Positions 1-13,700 are shown, numbered from the stretch's first letter. The stretch is DNA of 64,000 nucleotides from Eukaryota sp. GEM-RC1 (GCA_040285855.1 JAUFOQ010000002.1:3348001-3412000), one strand, 5' to 3'. The notes: generated from the sequence alone by a model not told the origin. Made by a program: numbers and translations.

Positions 1-866
1 TTATTCTAAATGTAATAGACAATAACACTACAGTGTACATACATCTAGTAATCAATATCCTCAAAGTCCAGATTGCCTAACTGGAAATTTTCACCTACCT
101 TATCTTCATAATGTCTGCCAAGAGAAAATAAAGCGCTAGATACAGAAGTGACCATACCTTTAAAGATAACAAACACGATTCGATTTTTCCAAAATGTAAG
201 ATCAAAAGTCCTAGATGTTTTTTCTTTTACAATTTCATAGTTTGTACGAAGGTTACCTTATTGGGTGCCGAATAAACATGTTTCATCTTCACAAAGATTT
301 CAAGTAATAAGTAATAGTAATCTTCTGTCCATCACCGAACAACTTACCTAAAATTGAATTAAAATATCTGTGAATTAAACAAAAGGTGAGAAAAAGTAAC
401 TACAATGTACTGTAATTGGCCATTCAATATCAGATTCCATCAGATGCCATTTCATACTACCGACATACTTCAGACATTCAAAATGTTTCAAAAGGTGTTT
501 TTGGAGTTTCTTAACAGCAAATTTCAAAGCAGTGATACATCGTTCTGGCATTTCACATATACCAGCTCGGAAACAAGTTTGCCAAAGGTCAGGTGAAATT
601 AACGACAATTCTTTCATGGCATCACTAGTAGCTTAATTTGACCTGATTCATGTTGCATTTTTGATGATCTTTGCTTTTATCGAACAAAACTGGAACTCAA
701 CAACATTAAAGCAAACTCGTCATGCTAAAAAATTGTTATTCAGGAAAAGTAACTCATCTGCTTCACTCTCTCCCCTGTACTTATCTATAACTCATGTGGA
801 AGCTTTACCAATTCGAACTGACTTTCTTGCATTTTTGTTATCAGTGGATCCTGCTGCATTGAACAA

Positions 867-1383
867 CGTTTTGGTAAACGAAGAGCTGATGTTATAGTTC
901 CATCAGTTAATGATGAACTAACTGTTGTTGATGTGATTACTGTGGATGTTTGCAAAAAAAGTGCATTCAAGGATGCTAAAACTGAAGTTTCGCCACTGAA
1001 TTCTTCAGAACAATACAAGAGAAACAAATATGATGAACCACTGACTGCTCTCAAACATATTAGACATGTTGAGTACAAATTATGTCCTTTGCAATTTCAA
1101 TTTATGGTCGACTTGGTAGAGATGCTCTTTGTTTTCTCTCTGATTTTGAGAAAGTGGTCAAAAAGAATGAACAAGAAATTTGATTTCAAATTTTGGTTGA
1201 ATCGTATTGTTTTTACAATATTTAAAACAATTCCTATCATGATTTCAAAAGCTCTATTAGCTCTCAGTGTTTTTATGAAGAAAAAGCTGATGTGAGTTTT
1301 AATGGCAATGATTGTTGCTTTAATGATATTGAATTCTAGTATTTGTGTTTATTTTAATGTTTTTAATAAAGGGGATGTAGAAA
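867..1383 (+). mobile_element. Post-amplification 5'-truncated lineage-A retro-insertion
   Basis: 11-bp TSD gcattgaacaa at 856-866 and 1384-1394. Encodes FGKRRADVIVP..VVDVITVDVCKK through NDIEF*, then AATAAA. Absent from most units. Confidence 0.9.
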
Positions 1384-4300
1384 GCATTGAACAATCACAT
1401 CTTCATCTTGGTGGTATTGGTTTCACTTCGTCTAAATGGTGGACCAAATCTACTTTCATTGGTGGTGGTAAGAATTTTGTCTTTGAGTTCTGTAGACGTT
1501 ACCCAAGTCAAGAAAATCTTCTTGTTTCGACAAGTAGTGTTTTCTTGGTAAATTTGAGATCCTAATTATCGCTAATTTCACCTGGCCTCTGGCAAACTTG
1601 TTTTCCAGCAGATATTTGTGAAATACCGGAACGATGTGTCACTTCTTTAATTTTTGGTCCTAAGAAACTCCAAAAACACCTTCTAAAACATTTTGAATGT
1701 CTGGATTTTCAAATTCGACTTGGCTCGGTTTTGGTTGAATCGTATTATTTTTACAATATTTAAAACAATTCCTATCATGATTTCAAAAGCTCTATTAGCT
1801 CTGAGTGTTTTTTATGAAGAAAAAGCTGATGTGAGTTTTAATGGCAATGATTGTTACTTTAATGATATTGAGTTAAAATCATAAAAAATATATAGGAAAA
1901 AAAACTTGGCTCGGCCAAAGAAAAAAATCCAGCGTTCGCAAATTGTTTAATCGATTTGAAGGACAGTTCTTCAGTTGCTTTGATCAACCAAATTCCACAG
2001 ATTTACGGATTGTTGTTGAACGATCATCATTGAACTGCAACATTTATACTTCGATGTTTCTTGTGGCCCTCTAATTTACCTAATGATCTTCAATGTTAAT
2101 CTCTTGAAATCAAAAATTCACAAAATAGTGATTCTGATAAGACTTTTGGTAAAAGAAGAGCTGATGTAATAGTTCCATCAGTCAATGATGAACTAACGGT
2201 TGTTGTTGTAATTACTGTGGATGTTTGCAAAGAACGTGCATTTAAGGATGCTAAAAATGAAGTGTCTCCACTTGAATTGTCAGAACAATACAAGGGAAAC
2301 AAGTATGATGTACCATTGACTGCTCTCAAACATACTAGACATGTTGAGTACGAATTATGTCCATTTGCAATTTCAATTTATGGTCAACTTGGTAAAAAGC
2401 TCTCTATTTTCTCTCTGATTTTGAGAAAGTTGCCAAAAACAGAATGAACAAGAAATTTGATTTTATGTTTCAGTTTGGTTGAATCGTATCGTTTTTACAA
2501 TATTTACAACAATTCCTATTATGATATCAAAAGCTCTTTTAGCTCTCAGTATTTTTTATGACGAAAAAGCTTATGTGAGTTTTAATGGCATTGACTGTTG
2601 CTTTAATGTTATTGAGTTCTAGTTCTTCTGTATATCTTCTCAAAAAGTTGATAAAGGCTCATCCAGAGATTTAGGACTTGCACATGGCAGGAATTTGATC
2701 TCTGACAGCATCATTAATACAAGTTCCATAAGTAATGAAATTATTGCAACTCAAAAGGTGAGAAAATGTAACTAATTTACCACATTTACATTGAAGATCA
2801 TTAGGTTACTAGTATTTGTGTTTATCTTAGTGTTTTTGTTCCATAAACAAAGAGTTGCTTTAATGATATTGAGTTCTAGTTTTTGTGTTTTTCTTCCTGT
2901 TTTTGTTCCATAAAGTGGATAAAGACTCAGCAAGAGATTTAGGACTTACACATCTGACAGCATTGAGAATGCAAGTTTGAATTGTGGTTACAACTCAAAA
3001 GGAAAAACGGGGTTTATGATCAATCAGTGAAATCAATGCATTTGCAGAAATTGATAACTAACAGACACTAACTAAAGTATCTAAACTATGGTTCTTCTGT
3101 CCATTTTTTTTGAAACGAATGATTTATTCTAAATGTAATAGACAATAACACATCAGTGTAAATACATCTAGTAATCAATATCCTCAAAGTCCAGATTGCC
3201 TAACTGGAAATTTTCACCTACCTTATCTGCCAAGAGAAAATAAAGCGCTAGATACAGAAGTGACCTTTAAAGATAACAAACACGATTCGATTTTTCCAAA
3301 ATGTAAGATCAAAAGTCCTAGATGTTTTTTCTTTTACAATTTCATAGTTTGTACGAAGGTTACCTTATTGGGTGCCGAATAAACATGTTTCATCTTCACA
3401 AAGATTTCAAGTAATAAGTAATAGTAATCTTCTGTCCATCACCGAACAACTTACCTAAAATTGAATTAAAATATCTGTGAATTAAACAAAAGGTGAGAAA
3501 AGTAACTACAATGTACTGTAATTGGCCATTCAATATCAGATTCCATCAGATGCCATTTCATACTACCGACATACTTCAGACATTCAAAATGTTTCAAAAG
3601 GTGTTTTTGGAGTTTCTTAAGAGCAAATTTCAAAGCAGTGATACATCGTTCTGGCATTTCACATATACCAGCTCGGAAACAAGTTTGCCAAAGGTCAGGT
3701 GAAATTAACGACAATTCTTTCATGGCATCACTAGTAGCTTAATTTGACCTGATTCATGTTGCATTTTGATGATCTTTGCTTTTATCGAACAAAACTGGAA
3801 CTCAACAACATTAAAGCAAACTCGTCATGCTAAAAAATTGTTATTCAGGAAAAGTAACTCATCTGCTTCGCTCTCTCCCCCTGTACTTATCTATAACTCC
3901 TGTGGAAGCTTTACCAATTCGAACTGACTTTCTTGCATTTTGTTATCAGTGCATCCTGCTGCATTGAACAATCACATCTTCATCTTGGTGTTATTGGTTT
4001 CACTTCGTCTAAATGGTGGACCAAATCTACTTTCATTGGTGGTGGTAAGAATTTTGTCTTTGAGTTCTGTAGACGTTACCCAAGTCAAGAAAATCTTCTT
4101 GTTTCGACAAGTAGTGTTTTCTTGGTAAATTTGAGATCCTAATTATCGCTAATTTCACCTGGCCTCTGGCAAACTTGTTTCCCAGCAGATATTTGTGAAA
4201 TACCGGAACGATGTGTCACTTCTTTAATTTTTGGTCCTAAGAAACTCCAAAACACCTTCTAAAACATTTTGAATGTCTGGATTTTCAAATTCGACTTGGC

Positions 4301-5560
4301 TCGGTTTTGGTTGAATCGTATTGTTTTTACAATATTTAAAACAATTCCTATCATGATTTCAAAAGTCTGAGTGTTTTTATGAAGAAAAAGCAGATGTGAG
4401 TTTTAATGGCAATGATTGTTGCTTTAATGATATTGAGTTAAAATCATAAAAACATATAGGAAAAAAAAAACTTGGCTCGGCCAAAGAAAAAATCCAGCGT
4501 TCGCAAATTGTTTAATCGATTTGAAGGACAGTTCTTCAGTTGCTTTGATCAACCAAATTCCACAGATTTACGGATTGTTGTTGAACGATCATCATTGAAC
4601 TGCAACATTTATACTTCGATGTTTCTTGTGGCCCTCTAATTTACTTAATGATCTTCAATGTAAATCTCTTGAAATCAAAAATTCACAAAATAGTGATTCT
4701 GATAAGACTTTTGGTAAAAGAAGAGCTGATGTAATAGTTCCATCAGTCAATGATGAACTAACGGTTGTTGTTGTAATTACTGTGGATGTTTGCAAAGAAC
4801 GTGCATTTAAGGATGCTAAAATGAAGTGTCTCCGCTTGAATTGTCAGAACAATACAAGGGAAACAAGTATGATGTACCATTGACTGCTCTCAAACATACT
4901 AGACATGTTGAGTACGAATGTCCTTTGCAATTTCAATTTATGGTCAACTTGGTAAAAAGCTCTCTATTTTCTCTCTGATTTTGAGAAAGTTGCCAAAAAC
5001 AGAATGAACAAGAAATTTGATTTTATGTTTCAGTTTGGTTGAATCGTATCGTTTTTACAATATTTACAACAATTCCTATTATGATATCAAAAGCTCTTTT
5101 AGCTCTCAGTATTTTTATGACGAAAAAGCTTATGTGAGTTTTAATGGCATTGACTGTTGCTTTAATGTTATTGAGTTTTAGTTCTTCTGTATATCTTCTC
5201 AAAAGTTGATAAAGGCTCATCCAGAGATCTAGGACTTGCACATGGCAGGAATTTGATCTCTGACAGCATCATTAATACAAGTTCCATAAGTAATGAAATT
5301 ATTGCAACTCAAAGGTGAGAAAAAGTAACTAATTTACCACATTTACATTGAAGATCATTAGGTTACTAGTATTTGTGTTTATCTTAGTGTTTTTGTTCCA
5401 TAAACAAAGAGTTGCTTTAATGATATTGAGTTCTAGTTTTTGTGTTTTTTCTTCCTGTTTTTGTTCCATAAAGTGGATAAAGACTCAGCAAGAGATTTAG
5501 GACTTACACATCTGACAGCATTGAGAATGCAAGTTTGAATTGTGGTTACAACTCAAAAGG

Positions 5561-6060
5561 AAAAACGGGGTTTATGATCAATCAGTGAAATCAATGCATT
5601 TGCAGAAATTGATAACTAACAGACACTAACTAAAGTATCTAAACTATGGTTCTTCTGTCCATTTTTTTTGAAACGAATTATTTATTCTAAATGTAATAGA
5701 CAATAACACTACAGTGTACATACATCTAGTAATCAATATCCTCAAAGTCCAGATTGCCTAACTGGAAATTTTCACCTACCTTATCTTCATAATGTCTGCC
5801 AAGAGAAAATAAAGCGCTAGATACAGAAGTGACCATACCTTTAAAGATAACAAACACGATTCGATTTTTCCAAAATGTAAGATCAAAAGTCCTAGATGTT
5901 TTTTCTTTTACAATTTCATAGTTTGTACGAAGGTTACCTTATTGGGTGCCGAATAAACATGTTTCATCTTCACAAAGATTTCAAGTAATAAGTAATAGTA
6001 ATCTTCTGTCCATCACCGAACAACTTACCTAAAATTGAATTAAAATATCTGTGAATTAAA
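5561..6060 (-). mobile_element. Lineage-B retrotransposon 3' end in reverse orientation, split by the lineage-C insert (representative copy)
   Basis: The reverse complement matches 63445-63590 (RYFNSILGKLFGDGQ-/-HSLD.LVSVC* plus the 3' UTR ending ccccgttttt). Flanked by caaaagg at 5554-5560 and 6061-6067 (possible 7-bp TSD). Confidence 0.8.
5663..6001 (-). mobile_element. Lineage-C retrotransposon 3' end with poly(A) tail, inserted in the B fragment (representative copy)
   Basis: 12-bp TSD tcttctgtccat at 5651-5662 and 6002-6013. The minus strand reads FDLTFWKNRIVFVIFKGMVTSVSSALFSLGRHYEDKVGENFQLGNLDFEDIDY*, then AATAAA and an A-tail. An empty site exists at 38076-38087. Confidence 0.88.
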
Positions 6061-6150
6061 CAAAAGGTGAGAAAAGTAACTACAATGTACTGTAATTGGC
6101 CATTCAATATCAGATTCCATCAGATGCCATTTCATACTACCGACATACTT

Positions 6151-6291
6151 CAGACATTCAAAATGTTTCAAAAGGTGTTTTTGGAGTTTCTTAACAGCAA
6201 ATTTCAAAGCAGTGATACATCGTTCTGGCATTTCACATATACCAGCTCGGAAACAAGTTTGCCAAAGGTCAGGTGAAATTAACGACAATTC
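6151..6291 (-). repeat. Inverted ~140 bp lineage-A fragment in each unit (partner on + strand at 6717-6855)
   Basis: Minus-strand ELSLISPDLWQTCFRAGICEMPERCITALKFA.KKLQKHLLKHFECL versus plus-strand LSLISPGLWQTCFPADICEIPERCVTSLIFGPKKLQKHLLKHFECL; roughly 85% nucleotide identity by eye. Confidence 0.9.
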
Positions 6292-7759
6292 TTTCATGGC
6301 ATCACTAGTAGCTTAATTTGACCTGATTCATGTTGCATTTTTGATGATCTTTGCTTTTATCGAACAAAAACTGGAACTCAACAACATTAAAGCAAACTCG
6401 TCATGCTAAAAAATTGTTATTCAGGAAAAGTAACTCATCTGCTTCGCTCTCTCCCCCTGTACTTATCTATAACTCCTGTGGAAGCTTTACCAATTCGAAC
6501 TGACTTTCTTGCATTTTTGTTATCAGTGCATCCTGCTGCATTGAACAATCACATCTTCATCTTGGTGTTATTGGTTTCACTTCGTCTAAATGGTGGACCA
6601 AATCTACTTTCATTGGTGGTGGTAAGAATTTTGTCTTTGAGTTCTGTAGACGTTACCCAAGTCAAGAAAATCTTCTTGTTTCGACAAGTAGTGTTTTCTT
6701 GGTAAATTTGAGATCCTAATTATCGCTAATTTCACCTGGCCTCTGGCAAACTTGTTTCCAGCAGATATTTGTGAAATACCGGAACGATGTGTCACTTCTT
6801 TAATTTTTGGTCCTAAGAAACTCCAAAACACCTTCTAAAACATTTTGAATGTCTGGATTTTCAAATTCGACTTGGCTCGGTTTTGGTTGAATCGTATTGT
6901 TTTTACAATATTTAAAACAATTCCTATCATGATTTCAAAAGTCTGAGTGTTTTTATGAAGAAAAAGCAGATGTGAGTTTTAATGGCAATGATTGTTGTTT
7001 TAATGATATTGAGTTAAAATCATAAAAACATATAGGAAAAAAAACTTGGCTCGGCCAAAGAAAAAAATCCAGCGTTCGCAAATTGTTTAATCGATTTGAA
7101 GGACAGTTCTTCAGTTGCTTTGATCAACCAAATTCCACAGATTTATGGATTGTTGTTGAACGATCATCAATGAACTGCAACATTTATACTTCGATGTTTC
7201 TTGTGGCCCTCTAATTTACCTAATGATCTTCAATGTAAATCTCTTGAAATCAAAAATTCACAAAATAGTGATTCTGATAAGACTTTTGGTAAAAGAAGAG
7301 CTGATGTAATAGTTCCATCAGTCAATGATGAACTAACGGTTGTTGTTGTAATTACTGTGGATGTTTGCAAAGAACGTGCATTTAAGGATACTAAAAATGA
7401 AGTGTCTCCGCTTGAATTGTCAGAACAATACAAGGGAAACAAGTATGATGTACCATTGACTGCTCTCAAACATACTAGACATGTTGAGTACGAATGTCCT
7501 TTTGCAATTTCAATTTATGGTCAACTTGGTAAAAGCTCTCTATTTTCTCTCTGATTTTGAGAAAGTTGCCAAAAACAGAATGAACAAGAAATTTGATTTT
7601 ATGTTTCAGTTTGGTTGAATCGTATCGTTTTTACAATATTTACAACAATTCCTATTATGATATCAAAAACTCTTTTAGCTCTCAGTATTTTTTTATGACG
7701 AAAAAGCTTATGTGAGTTTTAATGGCATTGACTGTTGCTTTAATGTTATTGAGTTCTAG
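6290..7759 (+). pseudogene. Lineage-A RLE-type non-LTR retrotransposon 3' fragment (RT thumb to C-terminus); representative copy, present in essentially every unit
   Basis: Frameshifted peptides MLKNCYSGKVTHLLRSLP and HLG(G/V)IGFTSS..FIGG (thumb-like), then FGKRRADVIVP..VVITVDVCK..K (RLE-like), PFAISIYGQLG and WLNRIVFTIF..FN(D/V)IEF*. Colinear with the single-copy relative at 62110-63192. Confidence 0.82.
6881..7043 (+). mobile_element. Very short 5'-truncated lineage-A 3' end nested inside the unit's main A fragment (representative copy)
   Basis: 11-bp TSD acttggctcgg at 6870-6880 and 7044-7054. The insert encodes FWLNRIVFTIFKTIPIMISK..NDIELKS* and ends in an A-tract. Confidence 0.85.
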
Positions 7760-10700
7760 TTCTTCTGTATATCTTCTCAAAAGTTGATAAAGGCTCATCC
7801 AGAGATTCTAGGACTTGCACATGGCAGGAATTTGATCTCTGACAGCATCATTAATACAAGTTCCATAAGTAATGAAATTATTGCAACTCAAAAGGTGAGA
7901 AAAAGTAACTAATTTACCACATTTACATTGAAGATCATTAGGTTACTAGTATTTGTGTTTATCTTAGTGTTTTTGTTCCATAAACAAAGAGTTGCTTTAA
8001 TGATATTGAGTTCTAGTTTTTGTGTTTTTCTTCCTGTTTTTGTTCCATAAAGTGGATAAAGACTCAGCAAGAGATTTAGGACTTACACATCTGACAGCAT
8101 TGAGAATGCAAGTTTGAATTGTGGTTACAACTCAAAAGGAAAAACGGGGTTTATGATCAATCAGTGAAATCAATGCATTTGCAGAAATTGATAACTAACA
8201 GACACTAACTAAAGTATCTAAACTATGGTTCTTCTGTCCATTTTTTGAAACGAATTATTTATTCTAAATGTAATAGACAATAACACTACAGTGTACATAC
8301 ATCTAGTAATCAATATCCTCAAAGTCCAGATTGCCTAACTGGAAATTTTCACCTACCTTATCTTCATAATGTCTGCCAAGAGAAAATAAAGCGCTAGATA
8401 CAGAAGTGACCATACCTTTAAAGATAACAAACACGATTCGATTTTTCCAAAATGTAAGATCAAAAGTCCTAGATGTTTTTTCTTTTACAATTTCATAGTT
8501 TGTACGAAGGTTACCTTATTGGGTGCCGAATAAACATGTTTCATCTTCACAAAGATTTCAAGTAATAAGTAATAGTAATCTTCTGTCCATCACCGAACAA
8601 CTTACCTAAAATTGAATTAAAATATCTGTGAATTAAACAAAAGGTGAGAAAAAGTAACTACAATGTACTGTAATTGGCCATTCAATATCAGATTCCATCA
8701 GATGCCATTTCATACTACCGACATACTTCAGACATTCAAAATGTTTCAAAAGGTGTTTTTGGAGTTTCTTAACAGCAAATTTCAAAGCAGTGATACATCG
8801 TTCTGGCATTTCACATATACCAGCTCGGAAACAAGTTTGCCAAAGGTCAGGTGAAATTAACGACAATTCTTTCATCGCATCACTAGTAGCTTAATTTGAC
8901 CTGATTCATGTTGCATTTTGATGATCTTTGCTTTTATCGAACAAAACTGGAACTCAACAACATTAAAGCAAACTCGTCATGCTAAAAATTGTTATTCAGG
9001 AAAAGTAACTCATCTGCTTCACTCTCTCCCCCTGTACTTATCTATAACTCCTGTGGAAGCTTTACCAATTCGAACTGACTTTCTTGCATTTTTGTTATCA
9101 GTGGATCCTGCTGCATTGAACAATCACATCTTCATCTTGGTGGTATTGGTTTCACTTCGTCTAAATGGTGGACCAAATCTACTTTCATTGGTGGTGGTAA
9201 GAATTTTGTCTTTGAGTTCTGTAGACGTTACCCAAGTCAAGAAAATCTTCTTGTTTCGACAAGTAGTGTTTTCTTGGTAAATTTGAGATCCTAATTATCG
9301 CTAATTTCACCTGGCCTCTGGCAAACTTGTTTTCCAGCAGATATTTGTGAAATACCGGAACGATGTGTCACTTCTTTAATTTTTGGTCCTAAGAAACTCC
9401 AAAAACACCTTCTAAAACATTTTGAATGTCTGGATTTTCAAATTCGACTTGGCTCGGTTTTGGTTGAATCGTATTGTTTTTACAATATTTAAAACAATTC
9501 CTATCATGATTTCAAAAGTCTGAGTGTTTTTATGAAGAAAAAGCAGATGTGAGTTTTAATGGCAATGATTGTTGCTTTAATGATATTGAGTTAAAATCAT
9601 AAAAACATATAGGAAAAAAAACTTGGCTCGGTCAAAGAAAAAAATCCAGCGTTCGCAAATTGTTTAATCGATTTGAAGGACAGTTCTTCAGTTGCTTTGA
9701 TCAACCAAATTCCACAGATTTACGGATTGTTGTTGAACGATCATCAATGAACTGCAACATTTATACTTCGATGTTTCTTGTGGCCCTCTAATTTACCTTA
9801 ATGATCTTCAATGTAAATCTCTTGAAATCAAAAATTCACAAAATAGTGATTCTGATAAGACTTTTGGTAAAAGAAGAGCTGATGTAATAGTTCCATCAGT
9901 CAATGATGAACTAACGGTTGTTGTTGTAATTACTGTGGATGTTTGCAAAGAACGTGCATTTAAGGATACTAAAAATGAAGTGTCTCCGCTTGAATTGTCA
10001 GAACAATACAAGGGAAACAAGTATGATGTACCATTGACTGCTCTCAAACATACTAGACATGTTGAGTACGAATGTCCTTTTGCAATTTCAATTTATGGTC
10101 AACTTGGTAAAAAGCTCTCTATTTTCTCTCTGATTTTGAGAAAGTTGCCAAAAACAGAATGAACAAGAAATTTGATTTTATGTTTCAGTTTGGTTGAATC
10201 GTATCGTTTTTACAATATTTACAACAATTCCTATTATGATATCAAAAGCTCTTTTAGCTCTCAGTATTTTTTATGACGAAAAAGCTTATGTGAGTTTTAA
10301 TGGCATTGACTGTTGCTTTAATGTTATTGAGTTTTAGTTCTTCTGTATATCTTCTCAAAAGTTGATAAAGGCTCATCCAGAGATCTAGGACTTGCACATG
10401 GCAGGAATTTGATCTCTGACAGCATCATTAATACAAGTTCCATAAGTAATGAAATTATTGCAACTCAAAGGTGAGAAAAAGTAACTAATTTACCACATTT
10501 ACATTGAAGATCATTAGGTTACTAGTATTTGTGTTTATCTTAGTGTTTTTGTTCCATAAACAAAGAGTTGCTTTAATGATATTGAGTTCTAGTTTTTGTG
10601 TTTTTCTTCCTGTTTTTGTTCCATAAAGTGGATAAAGACTCAGCAAGAGATTTAGGACTTACACATCTGACAGCATTGAGAATGCAAGTTTGAATTGTGG

Positions 10701-13700
10701 TTACAACTCAAAAGGAAAAACGGGGTTTATGATCAATCAGTGAAATCAATGCATTTGCAGAAATTGATAACTAACAGACACTAACTAAAGTATCTAAACT
10801 ATGGTTCTTCTGTCCATTTTTTGAAACGAATTATTTATTCTAAATGTAATAGACAATAACACTACAGTGTACATACATCTAGTAATCAATATCCTCAAAG
10901 TCCAGATTGCCTAACTGGAAATTTTCACCTACCTTATCTTCATAATGTCTGCCAAGAGAAAATAAAGCGCTAGATACAGAAGTGACCATACCTTTAAAGA
11001 TAACAAACACGATTCGATTTTTCCAAAATGTAAGATCAAAAGTCCTAGATGTTTTTTCTTTTACAATTTCATAGTTTGTACGAAGGTTACCTTATTGGGT
11101 GCCGAATAAACATGTTTCATCTTCACAAAGATTTCAAGTAATAAGTAATAGTAATCTTCTGTCCATCACCGAACAACTTACCTAAAATTGAATTAAAATA
11201 TCTGTGAATTAAACAAAAGGTGAGAAAAAGTAACTACAATGTACTGTAATTGGCCATTCAATATCAGATTCCATCAGATGCCATTTCATACTACCGACAT
11301 ACTTCAGACATTCAAAATGTTTTAAAAGGTGTTTTTGGAGTTTCTTAAGAGCAAATTTCAAAGCAGTGATACATCGTTCTGGCATTTCACATATACCAGC
11401 TCGGAAACAAGTTTGCCAAAGGTCAGGTGAAATTAACGACAATTCTTTCATGGCATCACTAGTAGCTTAATTTGACCTGATTCATGTTGCATTTTGATGA
11501 TCTTTGCTTTTATCGAACAAAACTGGAACTCAACAACATTAAAGCAAACTCGTCATGCTAAAAAATTGTTATTCAGGAAAAGTAACTCATCTGCTTCGCT
11601 CTCTCCCCCCTGTACTTATCTATAACTCCTGTGGAAGCTTTACCAATTCGAACTGACTTTCTTGCATTTTTGTTATCAGTGCATCCTGCTGCATTGAACA
11701 ATCACATCTTCATCTTGGTGTTATTGGTTTCACTTCGTCTAAATGGTGGACCAAATCTACTTTCATTGGTGGTGGTAAGAATTTTGTCTTTGAGTTCTGT
11801 AGACGTTACCCAAGTCAAGAAAATCTTCTTGTTTCGACAAGTAGTGTTTTCTTGGTAAATTTGAGATCCTAATTATCGCTAATTTCACCTGGCCTCTGGC
11901 AAACTTGTTTCCCAGCAGATATTTGTGAAATACCGGAACGATGTGTCACTTCTTTAATTTTTGGTCCTAAGAAACTCCAAAACACCTTCTAAAACATTTT
12001 GAATGTCTGGATTTTCAAATTCGACTTGGCTCGGTTTTGGTTGAATCGTATTGTTTTTACAATATTTAAAACAATTCCTATCATGATTTCAAAAGTCTGA
12101 GTGTTTTTATGAAGAAAAAGCAGATGTGAGTTTTAATGGCAATGATTGTTGTTTTAATGATATTGAGTTAAAATCATAAAAACATATAGGAAAAAAAAAC
12201 TTGGCTCGGCCAAAGAAAAAATCCAGCGTTCGCAAATTGTTTAATCGATTTGAAGGACAGTTCTTCAGTTGCTTTGATCAACCAAATTCCACAGATTTAT
12301 GGATTGTTGTTGAACGATCATCAATGAACTGCAACATTTATACTTCGATGTTTCTTGTGGCCCTCTAATTTACCTAATGATCTTCAATGTAAATCTCTTG
12401 AAATCAAAAATTCACAAAATAGTGATTCTGATAAGACTTTTGGTAAAAGAAGAGCTGATGTAATAGTTCCATCAGTCAATGATGAACTAACGGTTGTTGT
12501 TGTAATTACTGTGGATGTTTGCAAAGAACGTGCATTTAAGGATACTAAAAATGAAGTGTCTCCGCTTGAATTGTCAGAACAATACAAGGGAAACAAGTAT
12601 GATGTACCATTGACTGCTCTCAAACATACTAGACATGTTGAGTACGAATGTCCTTTTGCAATTTCAATTTATGGTCAACTTGGTAAAAGCTCTCTATTTT
12701 CTCTCTGATTTTGAGAAAGTTGCCAAAAACAGAATGAACAAGAAATTTGATTTTATGTTTCAGTTTGGTTGAATCGTATCGTTTTTACAATATTTACAAC
12801 AATTCCTATTATGATATCAAAACTCTTTTAGCTCTCAGTATTTTTTATGACGAAAAAGCTTATGTGAGTTTTAATGGCATTGACTGTTGCTTTAATGTTA
12901 TTGAGTTCTAGTTCTTCTGTATATCTTCTCAAAAAGTTGATAAAGGCTCATCCAGAGATTTAGGACTTGCACATGGCAGGAATTTGATCTCTGACAGCAT
13001 CATTAATACAAGTTCCATAAGTAATGAAATTATTGCAACTCAAAAGGTGAGAAAAATGTAACTAATTTACCACATTTACATTGAAGATCATTAGGTTACT
13101 AGTATTTGTGTTTATCTTAGTGTTTTTGTTCCATAAACAAAGAGTTGCTTTAATGATATTGAGTTCTAGTTTTTGTGTTTTTCTTCCTGTTTTTGTTCCA
13201 TAAAGTGGATAAAGACTCAGCAAGAGATTTAGGACTTACACATCTGACAGCATTGAGAATGCAAGTTTGAATTGTGGTTACAACTCAAAAGGAAAAACGG
13301 GGTTTATGATCAATCAGTGAAATCAATGCATTTGCAGAAATTGATAACTAACAGACACTAACTAAAGTATCTAAACTATGGTTCTTCTGTCCATTTTTTT
13401 TGAAACGAATTATTTATTCTAAATGTAATAGACAATAACACTACAGTGTACATACATCTAGTAATCAATATCCTCAAGGTCCAGATTGCCTAACTGGATA
13501 TTTTCACCTACCTTATCTTCATAATGTCTGCCAAGAGAAAATAAAGCGCTAGATACAGAAGTGACCATACCTTTAAAGATAACAAACACGATTCGATTTT
13601 TCCAAAATGTAAGATCAAAAGTCCTAGATGTTTTTTCTTTTACAATTTCATAGTTTGTACGAAGGTTACCTTATTGGGTGCCGAATAAACATGTTTCATC

